From Patellaria atrata CBS 101060 (lineage: Eukaryota), in the NCBI GenBank assembly GCA_010093705.1, contig MU006095.1:992001-1056000 (forward strand): a stretch of DNA of 64,000 nucleotides, written 5' to 3'. Positions 13,378 through 27,921 of the stretch are shown here, piece by piece (positions within the stretch are counted from its first letter, which is position 1; each line of letters starts with the position of its first letter). The translations under genes were made by a program, and so were the position numbers. The notes under the pieces were generated by a model. That model was given only the letters and a program-made list of their open reading frames with translations, searched no databases and was not told the DNA's origin.

Positions 13378-14142
13378 TATTTCTACAAGTATGGGGATAG
13401 TCAAAGAGTTGGGTTGATGTCAGAAGGAACGTTCCGCTCCGCTTAGCCAAGTCTTTCCGCTCCTTAAGGCCCCCCGGCTTCCCATTCAGTTCCTCCCTCG
13501 ATGCTGAGTGTCAATGTCTCTATACTCATACCATATCAAGGCTGTTCTCAATTTCTATAGACCGAACGGCCATGAGGCTGTAACAGCATTCCCACTACCG
13601 GGCACACAGCTAATAGTCCCTACAGAACCGGGGTTACAAATAATGCTAGCCGAGGTATAGAGTAATAAGTCCGATTGATAGAAATTGGATTATAAAACCA
13701 ACTAGGTGATAGTGCTACGGAGGACTATTGAGAATTATATGCACAGCGTATCTATGCCCTATGAATTGGGATCGGTCAATAAGCTAAATGTATACAACAT
13801 ATATTGCGTGACACTGGGTCATGTGTTAGCCTACAGGAAAACCGAGATACATAACGACAGCACCCAGTAGTAATCGACTACAAGGAACGTCGATACGGTG
13901 TAACCAACTCCTTATGGACCTTGTTCCGAACCTGACCATTAAATCGCCTAGTGTCCGAAAAACGTGTGCCGTGTCCAATTGATTGCTAATGCGTGAACAC
14001 ATTCTGATTGCATCATCGTTTCATACAAGTATTTAACGAGACTCGACTCTCCCGTCGGGACCATCCGTTGGATCTCAAGCTTCCTAAAATCGACACTATT
14101 TACATTTTATGACCAAACAGAGTTAATATTTATTTATACATC

Positions 14143-15337
14143 ATGGTTCAGAACAAAGCACTTGTTCTGAAAGCCGTTCCACAAGGCTGGCCTAAAGCAG
14201 GGGAAGACTTAGTAATAGAAGATGTCGGATTTGACCCTGAACAAGAACCAGAAGACGGGGGAATTACGATCAAAACTTACTATGTTTCATTTGACCCTTA
14301 CCAGCGAGGCAAGATGCGCGACCCGAATACAAAGTCATACAGCCCAGCATTCGCTATCGGGAAACCAATCACGAACCGATCGATTGCGAGGGTTCTCAAG
14401 TCTTCGTCAGAAAAATTCAGCCCAGGAGACATCGTCTTAACCCAGGACTCAGCTCCTACGGCTGAATATGGTGCATTGTCAGCAGAAGCCAGTAGTAGAG
14501 TTAGGAAGCTAGAGAATCCCTATAATATCGATCCGAAGGTATTTTTAGGAGCCCTTGGAATGCCAGGTTTGACCGCATATTCGTCTTTCTATGCAATCGG
14601 AGAGCCTAAAAGGGGCGAGACAATCTTTATCTCCTCAGCGGCAGGCGCTGTAGGACAATTGGTTGGTCAGTTAGCAAAACACGAAGGTCTAAAAGTTATC
14701 GGAAGCGTTGGTAATGACAAGAAACTGGAGTTCATCACCCAGGAGCTGGGGTTCGATGGTGGGTTCAATTACAAGAAGGAAAGACCCTCTGATGCTTTGA
14801 AACGACTTGCTCCGGATGGAATTGACATCTACTATGAGAATGTCGGTGGAGAGCAATTGGAGGCTGCAATCAACGCATTGAACGTATATGGGAGGATCAG
14901 TACGTACTCAACGTTTCGTTCTGTGTTGTCTCCCGATACTAACCCCTTCCACAGTTGCCAGCGGCATGATCAGCCAGTATAACCTGAGTGGGAATGAACT
15001 CTATCCTATAAGAAACTTGATGACTGTTGTGAAGCAAAGGCTAAAGGTACAGGGATTCATTGTCTCGGATCCTAACATGGGACCCAAGTACTTCGAAGAG
15101 CATCAGCGGAATGTCCAAAGATGGATCGCTGATGGGACCTTCAAAGCCAAGACGGATACTACAGTAGGCTTGGACAACGCGGTCGACGGCTTTCTCGGTA
15201 TGCTGTCAGGGAAGAATTTCGGGAAGGCTGTCTTGCAGGTCGTGGAGCTAGATCAGGTAAGGCAAAATTTTGCCACATTAAGATCGTATCGTGCTGACAT
15301 AGCTAGTGAGATCGGTCGTCCGGGTTCTAGAATTTGA
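14143..15337 (+). CDS. NADP-dependent MDR-family oxidoreductase (PTGR1/alkenal reductase-like)
   Basis: Motifs SFDPYQRGKM, LGALGMPGLTAY, ISSAAGAVGQLVGQLAK, GIDIYYENVGG and GKNFGKAV. Intron at about 14900-14953. A possible terminal intron from 15257 would end the gene near 15309. Confidence 0.92.
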
Positions 15338-18300
15338 TATGATTGGATGTTTGAGATTGAGTGAAACCAGATTATACAAGCCGCCACGTTGTAAACATTT
15401 AGCGAAAGTCTTATTTTGATGTACTGCGTTTAGAGGTTATAGCACATATAGTGTTCGAAATGTGCTGTGACTTGAGAATGTTGCAAATCTTTGTTTCTTT
15501 GAAGTATGACCCCTACGGAAGTCATACAGATGAAAAAACATGAGATTAGGAGAGGTTTGAATGAAATGAAACTCCTTGAAAAGTTGTAACAGATCAATAT
15601 ATCGTGAAGCAAGTTTCAAACCAAGCTCTTCCCATATACAATGCAAGCGAACTGTTACTGATAGATTGACTGAGTAATAATACTTAGAGCGCAGCGCAGT
15701 GCTATCCGAAGACGCAAGCTAGGCGGTACTTGTACCTATAGTAGCTCAAACTGGCCGTCCGATCACGGACGACAGACCTAAATTCGATCCAGTCCGCTGT
15801 CTCTAGGTTCGACGGCGTAACGCTAAGCGGAGATATGCTGGCTGGACAGATTTATACTCGTCCTGTACCGTACAGTCTGTACAAGGTTCAAGAGGTCCAC
15901 ATATCGCTTTTACCAGTTGGCGGGCACCACCAGGAGAGCTCGTGATGTCTACCTTACGGACAGATCCTCAAAGACGGCTTGAACAAGGAATCCAGAGATG
16001 AAAGAGGAAGAAAAACGACGAAGCCGAGAAATTCATCTTTTCATTCGTACTTCGAGGGCAGCCTCTCAGTTTATCCACCCACTAAGATCAACCCTCAAAC
16101 GACGTCCCAACAATCTCTTTCACATGTGACGCTGCAATCATATGTCTCATTTTCTTGCAGGAGGGGACTTTCGAGCATTTTCTGGACGTTGAGTATCGAT
16201 CATGTCGCGAGCAGTGCTAAATCTGTGGTATAGTCAAGGGAGAACTGCCGTGCGCAAAGGAGACAACACCACGACTGCCAAGCCAAAGGATAAAAGTTTG
16301 TTCAACAGCTACAACCCTTCACCTCACACCTTCTCAAACTCTCGACGCATATCGCGCTGGCTCGATAATTCTCGTACTGATATAGGCCTCTTCCCTGGAT
16401 GTCTTTCTTGAAGCTGTTGCTTTCATCGAATTGAGACTACTCTCGTTCGAATCCGACCCGTCCCCTCGGAGCTCACGCATCGCTGCCGGCGTTTTTTCTC
16501 CGTCCTCTTTTGGTCTCTTGCACAAGTATCATTAAGCCATAGCGTGGGATTCAATGTGACAGCTCGCATTTGTGCAGTTGAACCTTCAGCCTGTCTGCAT
16601 TATTGCATGCAAGACAAACGGAGAAATTGGACGACCCCCTCGATCGCACGATGCTGCAACCACTCCGCCCGTCGTATCAAGCGAGAGACAATACCCTTGC
16701 TCGCACCAATTTGATGTCAAAGTGGCACAGTATCGAATTAAGGCCGGACGATGCATCGAACACTGGCTCCCAAATCGATCAAATTCCTTGACAAAGACAT
16801 ATTATGGCAATCAATTTGGTGTATCGGAATTGGTGGTCCGTCCTGGCGTTTGTGGCAAGAAAGCGTGGAGGGTTGCTCGCACTTATGTTCGCGTAGCTTC
16901 AAATTTTTTGTGGGCAGCTTGCTGATTTGTGTGCATAATAGTTGCCAGAACAGTATTGGCGACTGTCGTAAGCATCGCTTTGCGTTAGAATGGTCCTGGG
17001 CCGGTCCGATAGAGGCTCATGCTCGTCATTCCCGTCCGCCGCTAGGCCCACGCACATCCGGAGAGACCTAGCCTCATACACACCGATCCATTATTGGGGT
17101 TCAGGCCTCATTCCCGTACGTAGAAGATGAGTATGCCGGGATCCTGAGCATGTCGTTTCACATGCCTGCTGATATACTCTGACAAGGTTTATTATAGCCA
17201 GGCCGTTGCAGTTATTGGAAGGGAAGTACTGCTTTCTTTGTACCCATTTCGCTTCTGGTTCACCGGTTTATCTCTGGTCGAAACGCTCAACAACATACTC
17301 TATGTGTTGATATAGCTGCCTGCAATGTCCCCGGAAATCGGTTCATGAGAAAATGTATCGGATGTCCTGGCATCTGGTACTTCCTTCAACTAACTAACTC
17401 GTCTTCATTCCGAACTTCGGATGAGGAAGGGCCATGCCGTTCTGCTCGGCTCGTTTCAGTAAAAAGGAATGACGGCGGTGTGATACTCCCGCGTGCAAGA
17501 GGATTCGCTATTTTGATGTTACATTAACCGAGTGGGAGTGTTAGCTTCTCAGAGACCTTGCAAACTGAGAAAGCGTTCTGGACTTGATGGCGATTTTGTT
17601 GAGAGAGGTAGGAAAAATATATTAAGAAATGCTACATTATAATCTAAAGAGAGATAGGTCAAAACAGACCAACGAGAAAGCTTACTAACGAGTTTTGTGT
17701 GTGTCATCCGCTTTCTGGTCTGCAGAACATATAACACTTCTTGGTAGGATTACCCAGAAATCAAGCTGACGGAAGTTCTCCCGGAGCCGAGCCAGGCTCT
17801 CTTACGCTCGCGGTAATAGTCAAAAAGGTGTCTCCCATTTCCATGAGTCATCTCATACTTCTTCTTCTCTTGCCGTTATCACTGTTTGTTGTTAGCGTGG
17901 AGATCATTCACAGTGTTATTCTCCGTGTTTTGGTCGGATACCCACTCGATTTGACGGCTTTTTCCGGCAAGCAACTGTGTACGATCCAATGGTATTCGCG
18001 AGAAATGCTTTACGCAGACCAACGGCGAGGCCGTATAGCAATTCATTCAAATTCTGGTTTGCACAAGAGGATGAAGAAGGGATGTGCCATTGAAACGGTG
18101 TGGGGGCAGACTGTCGACCTTACATATGTCTCCTGCATTTTTCGCGGCCGTTTCCCGACGCCCACGAGATCATAAGCCGGCACTTTCGTCACATCTATCC
18201 TTGTGTACTTCTTCTTCAGTATACTATTCGCTTGGAGGATCTCGATATAAGGCCTGTGCTACAAGGAAGTACACTTACAATAGGTACGAAGACATGACTA

Positions 18301-20603
18301 AATAATTTCAGCTCACAGACCTCAGTATATGCTAAACCCATACCATAATCGGCACAGTTCCGGTATGCCGACCGACATTTTAGCAACATCACGGCCCGAC
18401 ATACAAGCGAATTATATATATTTTAGACTGAAATATTCCGTACGTGGACGCTAATGTAGGTACCAATGCTGTTCACTTTTTAAAGTCATGACTATACCCG
18501 TTCCGCCAATATGCTCTTATGTCAACTTCGGGGACCGCCTGTAGAGTCCGGACACGCGCTGCGGCTCAACTGCAACATCCTGATTTCATAGCTCGTCGAG
18601 TATGATAGCGTACGGCATGGTCAGTTGTATCCCTGATCAGGATGAGGGCAACTATCATGCCATGCCTGGGCAGAGCCAAGTTTGACGTCCCCAAGTCTGT
18701 GGTTTGCAATAATGGTTTTCTGTATGGACTTCCTTTTTCGGGTCGATGCCTGTTCGGTCCCCTAATAATAAAGATACGTACCCTGCGGGAAAAATTGCGT
18801 GTCTTCCCAGCAAACTTTTAGTTGCATTTCAATATGCAACGGGGAATCGGGAGCTCTACGCTAACAGGGCGATCTGCCCGTGCGGACCTGCACTCTGACT
18901 TTGGAGAACCAGTGAAGCGCAATGCCCATGCGAGGCCAAATTGCTCAGAAAGTACCTTTCGGCATACATGTTCACTCTGCTTCGCAGCCTTTTTTTTTTT
19001 CTTTACCCCCAAATGCACAACCAATCCCTACCGCAAGACTTGAGAATGCCAGTCAATTAACGAGTGACCACGTACCCGACTTCAGGCTGATTCCATCATT
19101 CCTAAATCAAAAGAAATTTTTCGCAGTGTGCGTTAATTCTATACATTGCTCGCTACTACATTCGATACATGACATAGGTGCTCCGCCATATCCCCCAGCT
19201 CCGGTTCGCGTTGCGAGTCGTCATACTGATCGGCACCTGCATGCAATAATGGCCATGATCTTGAACCCGCCGAATGCGGATCAGGCCGTGGGATGCTAGG
19301 TACCCTATCACCGGGCTGACAAGTGATGATCGGGAAGTGGCCGCAGGGTGCTTCGGCGGCGGCAGCGACTGCAAGTCGGTCACTTGCGCGAGAACATCTA
19401 GGCGGTCATCTGTTCTTTCAACATCTATATCGCCACCGTATGATATCGTTCTCAAAGCGGATAGGTTCATAGTACAGATCGCTTCTGAGGGAAACGTGAT
19501 ATTATCGACGCTCTTATAACTTTATAAGTTACAATTAGAGTTCCTCAAACGGGACGATCTGTCGAAGATAGAGATAGTTCTCCACTAACATTGACGCAGC
19601 ATTCATAACCTTTCGCCAACATTTCAAGTCTAGAGCCAATGCACTTTGCACCGTATTAGCCGACGGGACCGGCCTGGTAACTCGGGGCGGCAGCCCTGTC
19701 CATACACTTATCTCCATAACGCCACGGATTCTACTGCCGTTTCGACTAGCACCTGCAGAATGCCCCAAGCAGCTACTATGGTGAGTATGAAGGTACTTCC
19801 GGAGCCTATTCGCCGCATCGGCCTTTTGTTTCGAACCATAGGAAGCTGTAAGGTGTTGCTTTTCGGACGTTTGGGAGAAAGTGGTTCTAGGGCGTGATCA
19901 GCCGCTCAGAGCATCTACAACTTAAGCCGCCCGTTGCAACGTCAAAGCTACCCCCGCGGCGAACAATTAAAAACAATGGGTGATATCTAGATCACGAGAG
20001 CAAGGAGGATGATGGACCTGAGTCCTAATTCCTGATGAGTAGGATCCGCGGGCACCTTGGTTAAGCTGGAAGTCACTTTTAATCAAAATCGGGGAGCCAT
20101 ATACTTCGAGCTCGCCTATTGCACAGACGCGCGCAGTCTTCTTAGCGGAGCGCCACTACCTTGCCAGAGAACGCAGAGTTGACAGTTGAGCAAGGCTCTT
20201 ACAAGGGGCCCCTACCTGCCAATGGCGTGGCCCGTATGCTTTGCATTTTCTCTAACGGCTTCCTTTAAGTTCCTTTGGAGTGCGGGAGAAGTAGCGTCGA
20301 TCTGCGAGGGTGTGATAGCCTCATGCAACGAACCTAATCCCGGAGGGATGCGCGCGCAATTCTATGAACTCATCTTGCACATTCCCACTACGCCAGAATC
20401 TGCTAATTGAGTTACTGAAATGGGGTCAAAGGAAAAGAACGACCCCATCTCATTCCCGGACTGCTTAAAAAGTGGCTTGAGTATTTAGTTGCTGATACCT
20501 CCCTCCGGAAGCAATCTTTCTTTCTAACCCTTCCCAAATGTGATCAGCGAGCTCGATTTATGATCCATCGCTCGTTTTGTCACTCTCGTTTTTAATCATT
20601 GAG

Positions 20604-22436
20604 ATGTTTTCCAGCGAGTATTTGCATGCGTGTCTCTTTTCTTTTATCTGGTATTGTCCTTCTCCTTCAAAATCACAATTCACTGCAAGATATCTAATGG
20701 AATATTCTAGGTTGTTTTCCTACCTCCGTTTTATCATTAATCTCGTCGTTTACTATTTCCTCTTCAAAAGTATACCCGTACCAGAATATCCCAAATATAC
20801 CCCGAAGGATGTTACCGTGGTAATTCCAGCTCTATTAGACGAAGATGTGGACAGTCTACGCGAGACGATCCAATCCTGCCTTTCAAACGAGCCGTATGAG
20901 CTCCTCTTGGTGACAGTGACCTCAAATCTTCACAGAGCGAAGGAATTGGTTGCCAGTCTACCCTCGAACAAGATCAAAGTTTTCGACGTTGCCCAACCAA
21001 ACAAAAGGCGTCAGATGCTTCGGGGAATTGGCGAGGTAACCACGCCAATCACCATATTTGCGGATGACGATGTTACTTGGTCAAAGAGAACGCTGGAATA
21101 CATGCTCGCCCCATTTGAGGATCCCAATATGGGTGGTGTCGGCACAAACCAGCGTTTACGCACAGATCCGACCTCCAAGTTCTGGCACACCTCATATTAT
21201 TTCAACTTTCTAGGGGCATGTTATCTACAGAGACGCAACTTTGACTGCATAGCTTGCAATCACTTAGATGGGGGTCTCCCCTGCCTTTCCGGAAGGACAG
21301 TTGCCTACCGAACGGAAATGCTTCAAGATTGGAATTTCATGGAGTCTTTCAGGAACGAGACATGGAATGGCACTTACGAACAGAATGCCGACGACGATAA
21401 TTTCATAACGAGGTGGTGCTTCGCGAAGAAACGAAAGATCCGAATGCAGTTCGACCGAGAATGTGAGGTTCAGACAACGTTGGAAGACAACGTGAAATTC
21501 CTCAAACAATGTATGCGCTGGTCCCGCAGTAATTGGAGGAGTAATCTTAAGAGCATGTTTTCCGAAGGAAATATCTGGCTGTAAGTGCTTACTTTTCGGT
21601 TTTTGTAACCCCTCTCATTTTCCTTAATCCGCCGAACGCCTACCGAAGTCAACATGTATGGTTCGCACCAAAACATTTTAGGCCCATTTTAGCTCTATCT
21701 TGACGGGACGCCGAGAGAGCTGAAGCGTAAAACCGTTTCACCCCAGCGAGGATGGGAATCTGGTGCAATCAACTACATCAGCTCGTTTTCCACCCATCCA
21801 GAAGTCAGTGATAGCTCGCTGACGTATTCCGTTTTAATGGACGATAGGCTACATCCGTATACGACCTACGCTGTGATGCAGACGACTCTGACGGCGTGGG
21901 CGCCTCTTAGAGATCTATCGCTTGTTTACACTCTACACCATGCTACTCAAGGCTCCTTCCTCGAGTGGCGGGAGGCTGCATTCTGGGCCCTGAGTCTATG
22001 GTGGCTATTCACCAAGTTTGCTAAGTTTATCCCACTATATCTACGTGAACCAGCATACATCCTACTCCTTCCGGTGTCGATCATCTTTGGCTGGCTCCAT
22101 GCCATCTTCATAAAGCTTCCGGCCTTCTTCACATTGCATGTGGTGAGTAATAATTCCGTCTCACCTCCTCAATTCAACATCTATTCAAGGTCGAACTCCC
22201 GTCACTGCGGTTATCGCCGCATATAAATTTTCCTTTACCCCGCATTACTTGTCTCACCCTTCAGTGCAATAAATTCTCGTCGTTTACGCCAGCTAACCAA
22301 GGCTCTTCATCAGACGACCTGGGGTACCAGACAGGGCGCAGATCTGGATACCGGATACGGCATGAGGCCGTTGCGCCATAACGACGAAATATATGATATA
22401 GAGGAAAAAAGGTCATTGCTTGTAAACAACTACTAA
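20604..22436 (+). CDS. Processive GT2 polysaccharide synthase, Cps1/hyaluronan-synthase-like
   Basis: DVTVVIP, NKRRQM, FADDD, CLSGRT, DDDNFITRW, QCMRW (QxxRW), C-terminal TM helices and TTWGTR. Introns 20651-20710, 21581-21847 and 22143-22313. Confidence 0.9.
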
Positions 22437-25400
22437 CTCGGTCCTCGAAAGTACTTTCATTCATCGTTTTGGTTCTTTGAAAGAGGAAAGATTGAGATTC
22501 ACATCTCAACCCGGTCGTCCAGTATAGAGTTGGTCGGACGGTAAAAGCGCATGTAGATGTCATTGGGAGTTCAAAAAGTCCAGATTATTCAGATTATAGT
22601 TGACGACTTCGAAAAGCGAATGATGGGAGGAGTAAAAGGAGTTCATCTCTTGTTGGTACTTAGTAGGCATGGGACGCCTTCGCTCTAATGTTTGTCTTGT
22701 ACAGCTATCCCTAATAATTCTTTTTCACATGTATGATATTACCCGAGATGCGAGAGGAAAACTTTAATGCACAATCTAGCACTTTCAGCAAAGGCAGCCC
22801 CTTAGCTAACTTGTGCAACACACCCCTTTCGATAGGCACGATCCGAGGAAACGAGTACTATCGGTCACACAGCATCAACCCCTGCAGGGAAGATCATTCT
22901 TGAGACTTGATACCTTCCTCTCACGACTCCTCAGCAGGACCTCGATGCGTCTCCCGCTTGTGGGGAAGATAATGGTCATAACTTGATATCAAGAAGCCAT
23001 CATACACGATGCGTAATGAAGGTTCATTATCAACTAAAGTAGTCTTACAAGGAAACGTCAAGGCCAGTGCAAGCGGTTAGTAAACAAAGCCCTTTGCCGA
23101 GAGGAGTCGATATCATTTGTTCATTATTCTATTGCGTGCAGCTAACTACCACGCTGCTCATAGTAAGCTTTCCACTCATTCTAGCACGCTTTCGTCTTTT
23201 CCTGCATATCAGTAAATCAATTCTCACAGCTACTCAATTGTTAACGAGTAAGGAACCCCTGCACTTGCGTAAAGTTTTCTTAAGAGTTCACTGTCCTCTA
23301 TTTTCCCATTCATTCGACTCCCAGTTCTCTCTAGTTCAAAGGAGTTTTCCAACTCGCAGGAGATTAGGAAGTAATTATGGTATTCCATGACACGCACTAC
23401 TGGGCCTTACCGGTCTCCCTCCACTTCGAGCATGTCAAAAGACAACGCCCGGTCTTGGGATATATCCCGTATAGCCAGTAAGCCATACATGGCCTTGAAG
23501 GGATGGTCTCATGCACGAACAAATCGAGCGTGTATGGATACTTTTGAGTTCGGCTTCGTAGAGCTAAAGTGAAGCTGGGAAAGGAGGGGTAAAGGTCCTA
23601 AAGTCCCCTTGGTCGTTCTAACCCTAAAGAAAACATCATTTTCTTACCCTCGGTACCATCTGTTCCATTTCATTTTCATCCTCAAGTCTGAAAGGTATCC
23701 GACTAGAATCTGTATCCCGTGGCTTTACCTATCTGGAGCTCCACAAATGCTACATTTAGCGAAAGTCGCTGACATGTGTCAGATACGAATCTGTCCTTTC
23801 GAGCATCCATAGGAATTCAAAGATCGGACATTACTTCCATGTCCTATGCTGCACGGAGAATTCAAGCTCAACCTAAACAACTCACTGGATGCAATGACAC
23901 AGTAAGCAACAGAAAGATTGAGACCTCACATCTGGACGGGGAAACGCCCTGTTCACACCGGCCAAGGCATGTTCTGCCTACTTTATGCCAGTCATACTCC
24001 TTGCGCCTCGTCCCGCGCGAAGACGCAATTCTCCATCTCTCAATGGCGCTTTCATCGGCTCGCCGGGCGAACTCGCCATCTCTTCTGTTCCAGCTCACGA
24101 TATCTTCCGCCGAACCAGCGTTTCCCGCCTCAATCGCGGCCCTGGACATAGGGAACCGCGTCTTCCGCCGATGGATGCTATCCGAAAGGCGGCTCCTCAC
24201 CGGGTGAGATATCGATGTCGTTTGGGGTTAAGACAAGATGGGTCTTGTTATCATCTATGCTTGAACCGTTGCAGGGCCAAATAGCTGTTGATTACGAGTT
24301 ATTGTGGGTTGCAGCTGCTTGTTCACTAGGTCGTCTTCTCCAACGCCACGGTCGCCAAGGAAGCAATTTAGAGTCCCCTTAGCCAAAACTCTACATTACA
24401 TCCTGGCAGGACTACTTTTATCGTGCGAGTCAGTTCACGATCGATCTATCACTTACGCCAACGCAGGGTTCGACAAGTAGACGCCATCGTCTACCACAAT
24501 TGAACTTCATACGATCTTCTATAGAGTGAATACTCGAGGCGATCCAACGTCTCTACTTATTGTAATCGACTCAAACTTTAGGTCCAGCATGAAAACTAGA
24601 AGGAAGTGGTAACGTCACCCCCATATTATCCGTTCCGCAACTGCTTGACCTTCCATACGTTCGGATCCGCAAAGCTTACATGCAATATCTATGCTTTCGA
24701 AACTAGTCGCAAACATCTAGCTAACAGTTACCTATTGTCGGATGAAATACCCGAAGGGGTCAATTCGGGTTCGGCCTACTGGATTGTCTGCTGCTTACAG
24801 GAATATAACACCTCGCATAGCATTCAGTATCTACCGTATAGATGTCATCTCATAAATCAGTTAGAGACGCCGTCAGCTACAGTACAACCTAATAAGCGTG
24901 ATCGAATGTCAGACTGCAAGCGGCTCCACTTACGACTGTAAGCGCATCTCACTGCTTCTCTGGGTCATATCCCACTCGGACCGGTATAGGAGCCCCTATT
25001 TAGCCTTCATTGATTTCTGCTTACTTTGCATACACGACACATGTTGCCGCCGGCGGAAATAGAAGCAAAGTAATCATAACTTAGGCTAGCGAAAGGGGAG
25101 CATGTGATATCGTATTTTGGCGTGTTTCTCCCGTCTTTACATCAGATTTCAATAAATTCGTGTACAGGTAGCAGATGGTTTCTCCTCCAGGTATGTCAGT
25201 GAAATGTATTTTAAAAGTATTTTTCTTGATTTTCTTGCTCTTTTTAGTTTAAGATATCTCAGAAGATGTAGTATTCAAATAAATCCTTCCTTCAATTTTG
25301 TTCTTAGTAATTGTTTGCCTCTAGCCCGAGAACGGTCTCATACGTCATATTTCTACTCAATCCTCTACCTTTAAAATCCCGCAAGAGTGAGTTAATCCAA

Positions 25401-26027
25401 TTGAATCCTGTGGATTTCCCGGGTGCAGAGTGGCAAAGACTAAGGTGTTTCAATCTTGTCTCTTTCTGAACTTTTCTTCCACGTTGGATTTTCCATCCCT
25501 TGGTCTTTCTTCGACTACATTCTTCACAAACTCAGACCTTTCTAAGGATCGAAGTCCCTCGAAACCCCAAGCGAAAACAAACATAGCCCTTGTACTATGA
25601 TGTTGTGATAGACTAGGTACAGTAAATCGGGTAGCTTGTGCCTGGGGGTTCCGTCCAAATTCCTCATCGCCATTTTTTTTTTTATAATTTCCTCTTAAAC
25701 ATCCTACAACATCTTTACATCTACTGGCCCCGGATCACACTTGGGTCAATATGTTGGTAATATCCTCGACATGGAAATACAAAGGAAATCAGGTCTAAGC
25801 AATCACGATAATGGTGAGTACCTGGAAATATTATATATCCGATGTAGGTAAGATATCCAGCCCTTTCTTCACGGGATATACGAGTTACAGAACAGGAAGA
25901 AGGCATGAAATTTATATCTATTTCTATCTTCCACAACCCTGTTCTCGATTTACGCCTACTCTATTATAGGAATCGGTGAGCTAGTGTTTTTTTCACCCTC
26001 ACTTCATCTTCATCTTGGGCGATAGTT

Positions 26028-27257
26028 TCAAGGTTCCTCAATCAACCCCATAATAACCCCCGGTAGCGACTTCTCAACCTCCTCCAACGCATCAAACACT
26101 TCCTTCCAGTTCTTCGTCCACTCCGCATCAGTATGAAGAATCGCGCTTCCTAGCGGTAAGCGTCCATAATCGCCTTTCCCGAATCCCCTAACTCTGGCTA
26201 CCGCATCTTTAATCCCCACGGTTCCAAATTTCACTACCAACTTCTCCGCGGCAGCGATCTTATACTGTAGCACGCGCATCTGCTCCAGGTTCTTGAGGGG
26301 ATTCTCGTGGAAGAGGTCGTACAATTTCACCACTGTCTTCGGAAAGATGGCGGCGAGTCCATCAACGGCTCCTGCGCCACCGACCGTGAGTACGGAGAGC
26401 AGTTGCTGGCCTAGTCCCGTGAAGGTCTTGAAGTTCGTGTGATTGATTTTCGGTGAGAGTGCGATGAGTGAATGATCGTCAAGATTGCCGTGGGAGAGCT
26501 TGCAGCCCACGATGTTCGGATGTTCGGCCAGTTTTTCCATGGTGGATGCGGAGATGGTAACGTTGTTGGATACCCCGGGATAATGATACCTGCAGCGCGT
26601 CAGCATTGGGTTGCCTCTCCACATTCTTTCCATAACGCCCCTTTTCCTACGTAAATAAGAGAAAGGGCCCACTCACACCAAAATCGGCACCGCACTACAA
26701 CTCGCCACAGTCTCAAACCACCTCTGCACCCCCGCCTCCCCTCCTCCACCTCCTCCTCCCGCAGCATAGAACCCAGGCGCAAGACACAACCCCCATCCCG
26801 CCCCAGCCTCCTTCGCCTCCTTCAGCAGCTCCACCGTCTCATCGACCCCCTGGCTCGCCGTTCCGGCGATAAGCGGGTAGTCCGTGAATCCGGCATCGGT
26901 GAGTGCGGCGCGGATGTGGGTGATCAGAGTGCAGCGCTCGGCCCGGGAGAGGTGCACGGCTTCACCGGTGCTGCCGAGAAGAACTAGTCCGCGGATCCCG
27001 CAGCGGGCGAGGTGGAGGGTGTGAGCGGTTTGGGTGTCGAGGTCGAGTTGGGTGTTTGTCGGGTTGAAGAAGGTGGGGACCTTGAGAAGTTTGTTAGGGG
27101 TCAGTTTTCAAGAGGGAAGATGGGAGAGGGGAGAGGGGATCCTCCTTATTCGGGTAGGTTATCGGGCTGGAGATGGGGTTCAGGGGTTAGGGAGACTTAC
27201 CGGGACGTAGATTCCTTTTGGTGGTGGAATGGATGTTTCGCTTTGAATCAGAGCCAT
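26028..27257 (-). CDS. DHDPS/NAL-family class I aldolase (candidate L-2-keto-3-deoxyrhamnonate aldolase)
   Basis: Spliced PPPKGIYVP|VPTFF, GLVLLGSTGEAVHL, YHYPGVS and the Schiff-base lysine in HPNIVGCKLSHG. Two introns (about 27081-27200 and 26590-26676). The substrate is inferred only from gene context. Confidence 0.88.
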
Positions 27258-27540
27258 CGTAGATTTTTCTTTATCTTCTTGAGATAGTTGAAGTGGATAT
27301 GGGGCGTTTGTGATACTTTTGGTGTCACTTCTGTGGTATGGTAAGGTAAGTCTTTCCTACTTTTGGTTATGGAGAAGACGGTAAGGAGCTGATTAAAAAG
27401 AATTGTGAAACGTTCCTTTAGAAGAAACGACTGTAATGGAAAGAAATTTAGAAGACAATGACAGTAAACAAAGAGTGGAAGAAAAGTTGAGCTTGCTGCG
27501 ATTGCCATCATGCAGGTCAACCATAAGTAACCTACTTCCT

Positions 27541-27557
27541 CGGTGCTATATGAACCG
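27541..27557. promoter_or_regulatory. CGG-N11-CCG Zn2Cys6 (RhaR/Gal4-type) site in the divergent aldolase/LRA2 promoter
   Basis: Sequence CGG TGCTATATGAA CCG. This is the spacing reported for Aspergillus nidulans RhaR. Only 6 bases are fixed, so chance occurrence is possible. Confidence 0.45.
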
Positions 27558-27921
27558 ACCCCACAGCTACCCCTCCCTACGTACACGTTAGAGGTCCAGG
27601 AAGGTACGTCTGAAGCTGGAGCGCAATGATAAGGTCACCACTGGGAGGGATATTCCTTCTTCGGAGGCCTATTTCTTCCAAGACAGAAGGGTTATTCCTT
27701 CCTATGGTTGGGGGGGGAACTTCTTTCATTTCCCACTGCTCTCGATTTGGTTTTTCTCTTTTTTCCCCATTACACCTCTAGCTACTTCAAAAATCTCTTG
27801 TAGTACCTTCGTTGAACAACCCCATGCTTTGAAGACCACCCAGTTAGTTGATTTCTTGACATTACCCCCTACCCATTTGAATTCGATACCATATCAGCCC
27901 TCTTACCATCATATCTTCAAA

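Noticed and set aside
15979..19900. Scattered 60-140 aa ORFs
   Set aside because: No recognisable domain or consistent exon chain; kept only as possible remnants in a finding.
20030..20075. CTGATGAG resembling a hammerhead ribozyme core
   Set aside because: No stem II followed by GAAA, and no closing stems.
21581..21847. Long Cps1 intron as a possible TPP riboswitch
   Set aside because: Lacks the CTGAGA and ACCTGAT..TAAT..GCG aptamer motifs, and the gene is unrelated to thiamine.
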